A stretch of 64,000 nt of DNA from Thermoplasmatota archaeon (GCA_036019775.1 JAYXXD010000001.1:3202-67201); one strand, 5' to 3'. Shown: positions 47,401-56,637, numbered from the stretch's first letter. Translations and numbers: made by a program. Notes: generated from the sequence alone by a model not told the origin.

Positions 47401-49466
47401 AAAATGGTGCAGTTTACGACTTATTCGATGCAGTATTGGATTACAGCGATTTGCTTATTGCGTTCCCCGACGAAGCTGAGCGTCAAGTGGCTGAGATGTG
47501 GTGCGCATTGGTTCATAAGATTGGGTCTGAAACCGGCCATGAACCCGCGGCAATACTTGAACAAATGAAGGCATATGCAACACTTGGAAATAAGGGGCCA
47601 CAAGCCAGTTCATCACCAACCAGTGGCGCAATTCAAATAATGACAATTCACGGTGCGAAGGGACTCCAAGCACCTGTTGTTATTGTAACAGGATTGTTCG
47701 AAGCAGGGCGGAGAAGTTCAAGCATAGAAGCACAGAACAATATTTTGATCACACCCGATGTTATTGCTGGAAGAATCCAGCCATGGAAGTCAAAAGATAA
47801 ACCAGCGGATGCTCTCTGGATGCTAGCAGAACAAATGAACAAGGCACAGAATCAAGCCGAGTTACGACGTCAGTTCTACGTAGCGTTAACTCGCGTCAAA
47901 GATCGTCTCATTTTTGTTGGATCTCCGAACACTCCCTGTACAATTGGTGAGAATTCGATGGTGACCATGAAAATCAATTCGAAAGGAAACAATATGGGTG
48001 ATTTGATGTTGGATGGATTCCGATATATGGGGCACTGCTCTGGAAATCAGCAAGTATGGAGTCTTGAAGGAGATGTGCAAGGTGAACACTTGGAAGAATA
48101 CGGAGAACAAGTGTTGGAATTCAACCCCATCAGTATTTTCCATGCTAGCGGCTTCATGTCAGGTTCCCTTCAACGACTTCGAATGTATCATCATCCTGAC
48201 TGTTTTTCAATCCAAACGCCAACTTCAGCCTTATCGAATTGGTTGGCTATTGAAGAACAACTTTGCGAGCCTGTTGACGCGGTCCAATCGGACCAATACA
48301 TCGTACATCAATCACCAACTCTCAGAATGACAGCACATGGATTGGATACTGCAAATTCATGCCGTCGCAGATATTGGTTATCGCATGTGAAGGGTTGGCA
48401 AAGTGAACCGTTCAATATCGGAAAAAATTCGAGTTCAGCCATTGATGAAGAGGAGCAAAAGGATCGTTCAAATGGAGAGGATTTGGAAAATATGGTAATT
48501 GGTTGGCCTTCAGCAACATCATTTGGTTCGATGTTTCACAGACTTGTTGAGATTGGTTTAGCTAATCCAGCAAGAATAAAATCGAAGAACAGTGAACTTG
48601 GTCCAGTTTGGCTCAATGCTCAGAAAAATCAACTGCTTTCAGACAAAGAAATCGATGATGCAACACAGTCACAGCCGGAATGGCATCGACTGTCAAAAGA
48701 AGAGCAACAGAAAACTCGATCAAGAATCGTTCAACTTGCAACATTGCTTACAAATGGATCCTTAGGAAGGATGGTTGATGGCGAAGAAATCAATGATTGC
48801 AACATTGAAGGGTTACGCACTGAAGCATCCTTCTATTTTGATTATGAAGTCGACTTCGAAGGCCTTGTTCGGTTGCCACTTACCCAACTGAATGAACCGT
48901 ATGTAACACGAATCGATACCGTCAAAATACTCTTCGAGGGCCAAGCAGATCTCGCATTGGCAGGTGTTCAAGGAGATAAACCATGGTTGCAGGTTGTCGA
49001 TTTGAAAACTTCCGGTGCACGCACGGAACGTCTCGAAGAACATGCATTGTATGAGTCATTGAATGAACCGTATTCTTTTGAACCTCAAAACGATGCTGAG
49101 TATGAGATGTTACGTAATCATCGACTTCAACTGACTCTGTATTCTCTTGTTTTTCGACGCCAAGAAGATCGAAAACCAACTGATAAGCGAAGAGAAGTAC
49201 GTCCACCGGCTTTGCTAATCGCAAGCACTGGTCGTTTTGTTCAAATGCCTGAGAATATGTACGAGGAAGCTGAGAATGAATTGCTTGACCTGCTTCAATG
49301 GGTGGCGAATTTGACCGCGAATCCGAATGGCACCACCGAGCCAAAACGCCTTCCGATGGAATTCATTGATACCTGCAAGAAATGTCCATTCTTCAAGGGC
49401 GATGTTCGAATGTGTGGTCCACAAGGAATGGAATTAGGCATCAACGGTGACCTTTCTTTCCAATGA
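44493..49466 (+). CDS. AddA/RecB-like UvrD-family SF1 helicase with C-terminal PD-(D/E)XK nuclease (1657 aa)
   Basis: Motif I LDAGAGTGKT, Ia TFTRKAASEL, III FIIDEYQDT, IV GDMKQSIYRFRQAE, IVa NFRTAP, V TIHGAKGLQAPVV, VI YVALTRVKDRL; nuclease GSMFHRLVE, EGQADLAL, VVDLKTSG, LTLYSL; GTGA overlap with the upstream gene. Confidence 0.85.
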   Translation: MISFNRSQRLGLNLDQHIALDAGAGTGKTTVMAERYVQHLLSAEQRATYVLPPPIRQEQFGSGKVLAAKRDRTSVKDWKGLLPQEIVAITFTRKAASELRSRIRKRIQSLRANPVNDDDRMGVHDPRLRHQGDVSMLMSLLEAAPISTIDAFLSEILAPHIDLVAIHLSREQLPEEKAPLLRNQALNSAWRIRNSQDAIEAGMYQSADEFISARNRLAIRLGGQQSAQTVLAGLLESSLFVEESRRRLRSRSISANLPWDGHSPPDYRLVEDMILQECQHLVDPVVEDVYAILNEWIDVFLQYHSIFVAPAQIETTSTRFNQLVDLARGALPDAPIERLQWLYQVVSSATSITQLNEAKPTVLKGGNFPRSNSLSGWPAGLMTWSSVLKRKDEKSLKGQISSAASDAAQRLQDRIHDPSDGRLVFMLSKVAYCLNPSRRFAYRDANERYDRQQLGLKLSQEAPLAGMRVSKELQVEVLNDLYIVHSGCQDLLRHLKSQEEAHDFDDVQVMVGDLLLVRCPAIVRHWYPPEAVQALDDLGEEPWSDEHIRKALTIMQSDEAKYLDLQRRYALLKQIRARYRAFIIDEYQDTNPEHARLLSRLWGRREGISDEHPAPSGPWDPTICIVGDMKQSIYRFRQAEVTVMRRMVAAIRVANSLENNESRLEAFTQQGFGRDPRPIGAGGELGSFIRASDYSREEQSSSWDYVSFGRDDAGMALEDSTRQERAEGHIQLRTNFRTAPALLQTLNNMFEDTFDSRHHQFPGDFHATAQPLDAGRETSLEGAIEWLLPTQNNTGELPLNLMEGYNLYDARNANLRHLEHELIASRLDTLVRGLPTRIWSAENAEYIEIEAEEKISPEDVMILVHSRKHIPDLVARLQSRGLPVMADKQGELLKQPVVQPLMAVLELLAKPNSRHAAHSLLRSSIVGASSIQIEEIFQLTDVEDYWVHSAEYFASAAQGPLLLALAQLAQNGAVYDLFDAVLDYSDLLIAFPDEAERQVAEMWCALVHKIGSETGHEPAAILEQMKAYATLGNKGPQASSSPTSGAIQIMTIHGAKGLQAPVVIVTGLFEAGRRSSSIEAQNNILITPDVIAGRIQPWKSKDKPADALWMLAEQMNKAQNQAELRRQFYVALTRVKDRLIFVGSPNTPCTIGENSMVTMKINSKGNNMGDLMLDGFRYMGHCSGNQQVWSLEGDVQGEHLEEYGEQVLEFNPISIFHASGFMSGSLQRLRMYHHPDCFSIQTPTSALSNWLAIEEQLCEPVDAVQSDQYIVHQSPTLRMTAHGLDTANSCRRRYWLSHVKGWQSEPFNIGKNSSSAIDEEEQKDRSNGEDLENMVIGWPSATSFGSMFHRLVEIGLANPARIKSKNSELGPVWLNAQKNQLLSDKEIDDATQSQPEWHRLSKEEQQKTRSRIVQLATLLTNGSLGRMVDGEEINDCNIEGLRTEASFYFDYEVDFEGLVRLPLTQLNEPYVTRIDTVKILFEGQADLALAGVQGDKPWLQVVDLKTSGARTERLEEHALYESLNEPYSFEPQNDAEYEMLRNHRLQLTLYSLVFRRQEDRKPTDKRREVRPPALLIASTGRFVQMPENMYEEAENELLDLLQWVANLTANPNGTTEPKRLPMEFIDTCKKCPFFKGDVRMCGPQGMELGINGDLSFQ

Positions 49467-50121
49467 TGGCCAAAGTACCTGGCTGGCCTGATGATTGATT
49501 GGCTCGCCATGCCTGTACTTCACAAAAACCAACATGATTCCACATTTCTATCCATTCCTTTTCTGAGAATGTGGACATATGGACATCGAGTGCTTCAGGC
49601 CAGCCCAGACTTTCTTCATTTTCTGAATAATGATCAATTCCAATCACTGCCCAACCACCTTCAGCCAACCAATCGTCGTGAATGGATTGTAACATTTGAT
49701 GAGGTTCGTGGAGATAATAAATAAATTCCATTGAATGGATAAGATTGTATTGTTGAGGTGGCTGTGTATCAGGAAATACAGCAAGATGATAACCATGTTT
49801 AGAATCAATATTTTTTGCCTTCTCAATCATGTGCGGAGCGCCATCAAAACCATCAGCTTGGGTGCAATTTTCAAGTTCACCAACGATTCGAACAACCCAA
49901 CCATTTCCACATCCTAAGTCTGCGAATGAAAATAAATCATTTTCTTGATTCATCTTTTGGAAAGCAACCTCCAACATTTCTTTGACAGCAGGGCTATGTC
50001 CACGTTCCATACCTTCGTCTTTGCCTCTGTGTGCCCAATCGTTGAAGACATCTGTTGCCTGCTTCATGACCCGACGAAGGCATTCGTCGAAAAAAGGCAT
50101 CGAAAGCAACATCATCCTCAT
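49441..50121 (-). CDS. Class I SAM-dependent methyltransferase
   Basis: Motif I FADLGCGNGWVV; 226 aa; 26-nt convergent overlap with the AddA-like 3' end. Confidence 0.65.
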   Translation of the reverse strand: MRMMLLSMPFFDECLRRVMKQATDVFNDWAHRGKDEGMERGHSPAVKEMLEVAFQKMNQENDLFSFADLGCGNGWVVRIVGELENCTQADGFDGAPHMIEKAKNIDSKHGYHLAVFPDTQPPQQYNLIHSMEFIYYLHEPHQMLQSIHDDWLAEGGWAVIGIDHYSENEESLGWPEALDVHMSTFSEKEWIEMWNHVGFCEVQAWRANQSSGQPGTLAIIGKKGHR

Positions 50122-50137
50122 TCGTATCGGTTGTTGT

Positions 50138-51097
50138 ATGAGCCTAACTTCTCAATCGATTGACGATGTTCTCTATCCGAAAATTGAACCATACTCAACA
50201 GGCATGCTTGCAGTATCAGAGCGTCATACAATCGCTTGGGAATGTGCAGGCAATCCTGACGGTATCCCAGTCATTGTCATCCACGGTGGCCCAGGAGGAG
50301 GAAGCCAACCATCCTATCGTCAGTATTTCGATCCGCAAAAGTGGAACATCATTCAGTTCGACCAGCGAGGATGTGGCAAGTCAACACCCTATGCAGATCT
50401 TGAAGAGAATACAACCATGCACTTGGTTTCCGATATTGAGGCTCTACGAGAACACTTTGGTATTGAAACGTGGCATGTCTTTGGAGGTTCTTGGGGATCA
50501 ACGCTTTCACTCATTTACGGAATATCTCATCCAGACCGCATCCAATCATTCATTCTTCGAGGCATCTTCATGTGTAGAACTTCTGAATTGCATTGGTTCT
50601 ATCAAGATGGAGCCAGCCATGTCTTTCCAGACGCTTTTGAACCGTACCAGCAACACATCCCTCTGGATGAGCAATCGACTCTCATTCCAGCCTATTACAA
50701 GCGCCTGACGAGTGAAGATGTTGAAGTTCGACGGGCTGCAGCAAAGGAATGGACGCGTTGGGAGATGGCGACAAGTCGACTGTTCCCTGACCCAGAATAC
50801 CTCGAAAAGGCGGAAGATCTTGATTTCGCAGTTGCTTTTGCTCGTATTGAATGTCATTATTTTATCAATGGAATTTTCGTAGAAGATTCCTACATTCTCA
50901 ACAATACGGAGGCAATAGAAAATATTCCAACAATCATTGTACAGGGTCGCTATGACATGGTCTGTCCTGCGAAAAGTGCATGGGAATTGCATAAGCAGCT
51001 TCCCAAATCAACACTCCACATGATTCCTGATGCAGGCCATTCGATGGGCGAGGTTCCAATTGCGAGAGCTTTGGTTGAGGCTACTGATTCAGTGTAA
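50138..51097 (+). CDS. pip: Prolyl aminopeptidase (proline iminopeptidase, S33 alpha/beta hydrolase)
   Basis: HGGPGGG, QRGCGKS, GGSWGSTL (GxSxG); ATG 50138 (MSLTSQ) preferred over upstream alt start; divergent from the MTase by ~17 nt. Confidence 0.8.
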   Translation: MSLTSQSIDDVLYPKIEPYSTGMLAVSERHTIAWECAGNPDGIPVIVIHGGPGGGSQPSYRQYFDPQKWNIIQFDQRGCGKSTPYADLEENTTMHLVSDIEALREHFGIETWHVFGGSWGSTLSLIYGISHPDRIQSFILRGIFMCRTSELHWFYQDGASHVFPDAFEPYQQHIPLDEQSTLIPAYYKRLTSEDVEVRRAAAKEWTRWEMATSRLFPDPEYLEKAEDLDFAVAFARIECHYFINGIFVEDSYILNNTEAIENIPTIIVQGRYDMVCPAKSAWELHKQLPKSTLHMIPDAGHSMGEVPIARALVEATDSV

Positions 51098-51447
51098 GAA
51101 GTACGCTTCTTAGACTGAGCGATATAAATGAGTCAATAAGGGAGAAGGATGACCTATTACTATGGCCAAACCCCGTCGAGTGGTAGGTTGCTTCAATCCC
51201 AAGCAGGCTTATGTCTTCTGATTATGCTTCTATAATTGATTTTCTTCAGAAGGGAAAAGTTCGTTGAGGTTGAGAAATCCGATGTAGAAAGATCCAGCCG
51301 CTGGCTATTCCCACGCGGACCAAAAAAGAAATTTTAGTCGCCCGCCGATTGTACAGATGAGAAGCGAGTTATCGTTCTCAACGAAGCGTCGTCTTCATAG
51401 GGTAAAGGCGACTGGGTTGAAACGGAGGCATTCCTCCGGGTGAAAAA

Positions 51448-52245
51448 ATGAGTGAAGAAGGAACCATCACCCCTGAAGTTCAAATCGGACAACTCGAAGA
51501 GGCTCTTGCGACTGAAACTGATCGGTTGAAGAAACTCTTTGCAGCTTATGAAACTCAAGAAAAGGAACTCGTTGATGCACGTGCAGAAATTGAAGTTCTT
51601 GAGAAAGAAATTATCGACAAAGAGATTGAGCGAGAAGCTCAAGAATCACTCATCGCCGAGAAGGATTTTCGAATTCGTGAACTTGAAATGAAGGCAACCA
51701 AGGCTGACAAGCGTGTCGAGCATTTGGAACCTGCTCTCCAAACTATGGAAGAAAAGTATTCACGTGAGAAGGATCGACTTGGCAAAGTCTTCGGTATTGC
51801 TGAAGAACTTGATAACGACCTCAAACTCGCTGTGTCAGAAATGAAAGCACGAGATGATTGGTATGTTGCCCACATGACCCTGTTTGAGGATTTGAACAAG
51901 GCGATTAAGGAACGTTACGAAATGATTGAGAGTGCTGTTGAAGCCGAGCGCCAATCTCAACACATGTCTCGTGCCTTCACAGAGCGCATGGATGAGATGG
52001 TCGAAGCGCGAGCAGCAGAAATGACCGTTGAAGAAGCAGAATCCCTCATTGAAGAGGAATCTGCAACAGATTCAGAAGCGGCTGAAGAACCCGTGCCTGA
52101 GGAAACATCATCCGAAGAAACAGAAGAAAATGAAACCCCACCCGAGGAAGTTTCTCCTGAAGCCGAATCGAAAGAAGAGGAACAGGCTGAAGCATCGGAG
52201 GAAGATACCTGGAATTCCGATGTCGACCCTTGGTCTGACAATTGA
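51448..52245 (+). CDS. Coiled-coil protein with strongly acidic low-complexity C-terminus
   Basis: Heptad-rich N-terminal 200 aa; E/S/T-rich tail; GGAGGcattCCTCC hairpin just upstream of the ATG. Confidence 0.5.
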   Translation: MSEEGTITPEVQIGQLEEALATETDRLKKLFAAYETQEKELVDARAEIEVLEKEIIDKEIEREAQESLIAEKDFRIRELEMKATKADKRVEHLEPALQTMEEKYSREKDRLGKVFGIAEELDNDLKLAVSEMKARDDWYVAHMTLFEDLNKAIKERYEMIESAVEAERQSQHMSRAFTERMDEMVEARAAEMTVEEAESLIEEESATDSEAAEEPVPEETSSEETEENETPPEEVSPEAESKEEEQAEASEEDTWNSDVDPWSDN

Positions 52246-52256
52246 GGTGAATCTCC

Positions 52257-53111
52257 GTGGCAGGTCTCGCCCGAGGCGGGCATGCACCAGTTGCAACGTT
52301 CGCCATTGCAGGAATTGCGATTCTCATCGGGGGAATCTATCTCGATACGCTCAATGGCCTCATGCCATTTCTTGGTGTTCTTTGCCTTATGATTGCAGTC
52401 TTCTTTGCGAATTTTTGGAGAGACCCTGATCGCCCAATTCCGAAAGAGGCTGGTCTATTGGTTTCTCCAGCTGATGGCCACGTGATGTTCGTACGACGTG
52501 AACGTGCTACAGGACGCCGTCCTTCAAAATCCGAACGAGAACTTGGCGGTATTGAGCATGATGAATTCACAGGTGATTGGTATCCTGAACCATGTGAAAA
52601 TCCAACGTCTTTCGAAACAGAACAACGCTTCGTCCCTGTAGACGGGAAGGAATTGGAAACAGATGTTTGGCGAATTGCTATCTTCATGTCTCCTCTTGAT
52701 GTCCATGTCAATCGCGCACCACGCGCTTCAAAAATCATAATGATGGAACACCGAACTGGAAAAGGACGACGACGTGGACCATTCGCACCTGCGTATCGAA
52801 AAGAAAGCGAGTATAATGAACGAGTTCGCACAGTCTTTGAATCGAACGATGGGGAACGAATTGAAGTTACCCAGATATCAGGAGCACTTGCACGTACAAT
52901 AGTCCCTTGGAAAGGAATCGGTGACGAATTACGGCGAGGTGAACGATACGGTATGATTCGACTTGGTAGTCGAGTCGATGTTCGAGTTCCTGCAGCGTTT
53001 TATCAGCCCCGAGTTATCTCTGCAGAAGCAAAACACCCTCAACACCCTAAGGGACAATTCATTAGAGCAGGCGCAGATATTATCTTCAAAAGAATTCTTG
53101 AAGAGGAATAA
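52257..53111 (+). CDS. Phosphatidylserine (archaetidylserine) decarboxylase-like proenzyme, short form with N-terminal TM segments
   Basis: FMSPLDVHVNRAP (PSD motif FxSPxDYHR-like) and LGS autocleavage-type motif (MIRLGSRVDV); GTG start. Confidence 0.6.
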   Translation: MAGLARGGHAPVATFAIAGIAILIGGIYLDTLNGLMPFLGVLCLMIAVFFANFWRDPDRPIPKEAGLLVSPADGHVMFVRRERATGRRPSKSERELGGIEHDEFTGDWYPEPCENPTSFETEQRFVPVDGKELETDVWRIAIFMSPLDVHVNRAPRASKIIMMEHRTGKGRRRGPFAPAYRKESEYNERVRTVFESNDGERIEVTQISGALARTIVPWKGIGDELRRGERYGMIRLGSRVDVRVPAAFYQPRVISAEAKHPQHPKGQFIRAGADIIFKRILEEE

Positions 53112-53124
53112 GTGAGGTGTGAAT

Positions 53125-54291
53125 ATGGCATTCGAGAAAGGACTGACCATCCTGGGCAATGAGTCAAAGAGTCTCAAGATCCATGACCTCGTGAAAGCGC
53201 CAGCGAATACACCGTGGGCCAAGGAGCGTCAACATTCCTGGGATGCCTCATTCCCTGCAACAGTGTACTCAACGCCAGAGATGACAAGAGACGGCGAACC
53301 GTGTACTGCTGTAACTGTTATTCTTCGAACCAAAGGTTGCCACTGGTGGTGGTCATCCGGATGTACCTTTTGTGGCTACTTTAATGATACACGTGATGAC
53401 GTAAATAGCGAGGACCTCCATGCGCAATGGCAGCATGCAAAAGAGAAGTTTAGCAATTTCGAAAATCATGCAATGGTCAAGGTTTACACTTCTGGATCTT
53501 TACTCGAAGATCGAGAAATTCCAGTTGATTTCCAAGAAACCGTTCTCCGTGATTGCTTTGAAATGAAAAAAGAACTCATCGTTGAAAGCCGAACCGAACA
53601 ACTTACGGAAGAGAAATTAGCATGGGCTACATCCATTAATCCAAATTTCACCGTCGCTATCGGTCTCGAAGCATATGATGATGAAGTACTAAGGTTCCAC
53701 GTGAATAAAGGATTTTCAGTTGCTTCGTGGGACCGAGCGGTTGAAAAATTAAACAAATTCAATCTTCGGGTAAAGACATATTTGATGTTCAAGCCCCCAT
53801 TCATGAGCGAAGCTGATGCGCTTGATCATTGCATTAAATGGATTGAAGCCGTCGCTGAGCAAAGCGATGAAATCTCCATTAATCCAATGAACATTCAACG
53901 CGGAACCGTCATCGATCGCCTTCATCGACACCGAGAGTATCGGCCCCCTTGGTTGTGGTCCCTGGTAGAACTCATCCAACAGAGCCATCATATCGTGCAT
54001 CCTGATGGTGGAACAAATGCAGATAGTGGACAAATTTCGCGTTTGATTATTCATCCAACAGCAGGAGGGAAAATCCGAGGTTCACATAACTGTGGTGAAT
54101 GTGATGCAGAAGTCGTAGCCGCAATTGAGCGATATGCTGTATCCGGCTCTTTGGAGGAGTTCCAAGGTCTTGATTGTACCTGCAAAAGCCGTTGGAATCA
54201 AGAACTCAGAAATGACCGTTCAATTCCAGTCCCACTGGGAACCTCTATGCCTCGACGCGGCTCAATCACTGAAATTCTTCGCTCACCATAA
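53125..54291 (+). CDS. Fe-S enzyme, radical-SAM-like with non-canonical CX7CX2C motif (archaeal COG1244-like)
   Basis: GCHWWWSSGCTFCGY cysteine triad; TIM-barrel-like length (~390 aa); second Cys pair CGEC near C-terminus. Confidence 0.5.
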   Translation: MAFEKGLTILGNESKSLKIHDLVKAPANTPWAKERQHSWDASFPATVYSTPEMTRDGEPCTAVTVILRTKGCHWWWSSGCTFCGYFNDTRDDVNSEDLHAQWQHAKEKFSNFENHAMVKVYTSGSLLEDREIPVDFQETVLRDCFEMKKELIVESRTEQLTEEKLAWATSINPNFTVAIGLEAYDDEVLRFHVNKGFSVASWDRAVEKLNKFNLRVKTYLMFKPPFMSEADALDHCIKWIEAVAEQSDEISINPMNIQRGTVIDRLHRHREYRPPWLWSLVELIQQSHHIVHPDGGTNADSGQISRLIIHPTAGGKIRGSHNCGECDAEVVAAIERYAVSGSLEEFQGLDCTCKSRWNQELRNDRSIPVPLGTSMPRRGSITEILRSP

Positions 54292-54392
54292 TGGACGCGA
54301 TTAACGATGTCGTTCAATGGCGCTCTTGGTGAATGTTTATCACCGCGCTTTGAGTCGCAGGCATGTCCATCTTAGGCACGTGAGGGCTCATA

Positions 54393-54665
54393 ATGTCGAA
54401 CAGCACCGAACTCCCCGATGCAGTTATTGGAACTGCAGAACCATCATCCAGCCGTATCATTCTCGTATTGCTTTCAGTTGTAACTGTCGGCATGTTTGGA
54501 TTGTTTAGCACAATCTTTGGGTGGGACAACATTCCTGTCGCTGGAGATATTGTTCCATTAATGTCAAATCTCGGAGGTTCTGGAATTTGGTATTACTTAC
54601 TCGGATTTATAATCGGACTTGGTGCGATTGTATCGACACTAGCAGGCGAGGTCCTTGCAGATTGA
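54393..54665 (+). CDS. Small 2-TM membrane protein
   Basis: 90 aa, two hydrophobic helices. Confidence 0.4.
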   Translation: MSNSTELPDAVIGTAEPSSSRIILVLLSVVTVGMFGLFSTIFGWDNIPVAGDIVPLMSNLGGSGIWYYLLGFIIGLGAIVSTLAGEVLAD

Positions 54666-54675
54666 GGTGATATGA

Positions 54676-56637
54676 ATGGATGCAGTATTCATTGCTCTTG
54701 CCTTCTTTTTTACTGTTGTTGGATTTGCAACATTTTACGTTCAGCGTGGAATAGGAAATATGGCAGATCCGATGCGCCAGTTCGGACTGTTCCTCCTCAA
54801 CAAAGCGCCCGCAGGTATTGTTGACCTTTTCAGTGATGGGAAAGGCAGCGGTTCCAAAACGTGGATGAATTTTGGAATGATTTGGCTCACTTTTGCTGCC
54901 ATTGGAACATTCCTTGCTCTTTGGCATGATTATGATGCAACAGCATTGGATTCACTTGCAAGCATTGGTTGGGAATACGACGATGGGAGTTCATTGAACG
55001 CATTTGTTGATATCACGCTCATGACAGGCCTCATGTCGATTCTAATTGGCGGCGGACTTGTTGCAGCAGCACGAGCAGGAGCAGGTCGACTTGCTAGTGA
55101 AGCAAATGCGAGTCTCACCGCACTTCTGTTCTCGGTTTTGACAATCTCTTCGATGCTTCTTCCTACAATTCTTGGCCTTATTTTCGATTTATCAGCAGCA
55201 AATGATGCATTCATCAAAGACCTCTTTCTGAATGCTCTTCGTTCATTCATCATCATTGCTGTAATGATCAACGTTCTCATTACAGTTGGCCAACGAAAAG
55301 GAGAGGTTGTTTCAGCGAGCAATTGGTTCCTGTTCATGGCGCTTGCTTCGTTTATTTTCGGTTCACAATTCCGCTTCTTTGGAGAACTCGCAGATTCTAC
55401 TCAAACCGTTTGGCTCGGTGAGAGAATGTCTCAGTCTTGGACACTTATCGCACTTCTATTCGCTGTGGCTTATCACGTTGTTCCACGAGCCGCAAGTCGT
55501 CCAATTTGGTCGGATTCAATGACAAAAGCGAGCCTTCTTCTCCTCTTTTTCACATTACCACCGTTTTTGTTATCTTCAGCAGATGCTGGAACGCTGCTTG
55601 AGAATATCGGAGCCATCTTGATGACGCTTGCACTACTTCCAATTTTGGCTGGTTCTGTGAACATTATCATGACTTCATTGAGCAATGCGACTGGTGTTGT
55701 CTCACGACCGGGTGCACTAGCCGCAACCATCGCAATGGTCTTTTTCCCACTGTACGCCCTTGGAGGATACTTCACTTCACTTGATGTTTTCATAGGGCTA
55801 GGAGCTCTAAACGATATGGCTGAGACAGTTGATATCGGATTCATGTGGACTGTTGGTGGTTTGATGGCTGTTGCTTGTGTTGCTGAATCTTACCCTCTTG
55901 CAGGAGATCGACAACTTTCCTCGCCTTCATCTGCATCGCTGTCGACGATGTTGATTGCTTTCGGTGGGGTTACCTCTACGGTTGCAAAATTGATGGGAGA
56001 CTTCACAGAAAAAGCACTTCTTGATTCTGGAAGCGAAGATGTCGTCATGACAGATGGTGGTTTCAGCCTTACCGCTGCTGTTTTGTTTTACTTTGGATCA
56101 ATTGGTATTATACTCTTGTTCCTCAATCTCATCCGCACTTCAATTGGTGGCGTAAAAGTCGATACATCTGTTTCAACGACATCAGACATCTCTCGTTATT
56201 CGATGCAACCTGGTGAATCCTCAATTCGCAAGCTATTGCAACGTGGAGTGGGCGTGGATACAATTCTCGTTGTTGGAGCAGATGTCGAAGACGAAGGCGG
56301 AATGACAATCATCGATGTATCGTCAACATTGCACGATGACGAAATTGATGAATTCCCAGTCGAAAAGAACGAGCTGGAAATGTTATCCGATTATCTGGCA
56401 AAGAAAGACATCAGTATTTTCGAATTCTTCCGGTCAATAGACCTTGACGACTCTGGCCTCATTGATGGATATGAACTTCAGCAAGCACTGCGGAATGCAG
56501 AAATTGCAGATTTACCTCCATGGGATATCGCCAAGTTGATGGAATTTGTTGATATTGATGGCGACGGACGAGTAAATCTTCCAGAGCTTGATATTGCAAT
56601 TGCACGTGTTCGTTCAGGCGTATCTGAAGAAGAGTGA
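54676..56637 (+). CDS. Polytopic membrane protein (~12 TM) with C-terminal pair of canonical EF-hand Ca2+-binding loops
   Basis: EF loops DLDDSGLIDGYE and DIDGDGRVNLPE (DxDxDGxIxxxE consensus) at ~56440-56590; hydrophobic helices throughout. Confidence 0.65.
   Translation: MDAVFIALAFFFTVVGFATFYVQRGIGNMADPMRQFGLFLLNKAPAGIVDLFSDGKGSGSKTWMNFGMIWLTFAAIGTFLALWHDYDATALDSLASIGWEYDDGSSLNAFVDITLMTGLMSILIGGGLVAAARAGAGRLASEANASLTALLFSVLTISSMLLPTILGLIFDLSAANDAFIKDLFLNALRSFIIIAVMINVLITVGQRKGEVVSASNWFLFMALASFIFGSQFRFFGELADSTQTVWLGERMSQSWTLIALLFAVAYHVVPRAASRPIWSDSMTKASLLLLFFTLPPFLLSSADAGTLLENIGAILMTLALLPILAGSVNIIMTSLSNATGVVSRPGALAATIAMVFFPLYALGGYFTSLDVFIGLGALNDMAETVDIGFMWTVGGLMAVACVAESYPLAGDRQLSSPSSASLSTMLIAFGGVTSTVAKLMGDFTEKALLDSGSEDVVMTDGGFSLTAAVLFYFGSIGIILLFLNLIRTSIGGVKVDTSVSTTSDISRYSMQPGESSIRKLLQRGVGVDTILVVGADVEDEGGMTIIDVSSTLHDDEIDEFPVEKNELEMLSDYLAKKDISIFEFFRSIDLDDSGLIDGYELQQALRNAEIADLPPWDIAKLMEFVDIDGDGRVNLPELDIAIARVRSGVSEEE

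Noticed and set aside
50160-50708. 182-aa alternative-frame ORF inside the prolyl aminopeptidase gene
   Set aside because: Same strand but a different frame from a gene with clear S33 peptidase motifs.
51098-51447. 350-bp intergenic region screened for a C/D-box or other small RNA
   Set aside because: Only partial C-box-like (GGATGAC) and D-box (CTGA) matches ~75 nt apart with no terminal stem; not convincing without RNA-seq. The GGAGGcattCCTCC hairpin near the next start codon was noted separately.
52030-52240. GAA/GAG-rich periodic DNA that resembles a repeat array
   Set aside because: It is the acidic low-complexity tail of the coiled-coil protein, in frame and coding; not a CRISPR or tandem-repeat locus.
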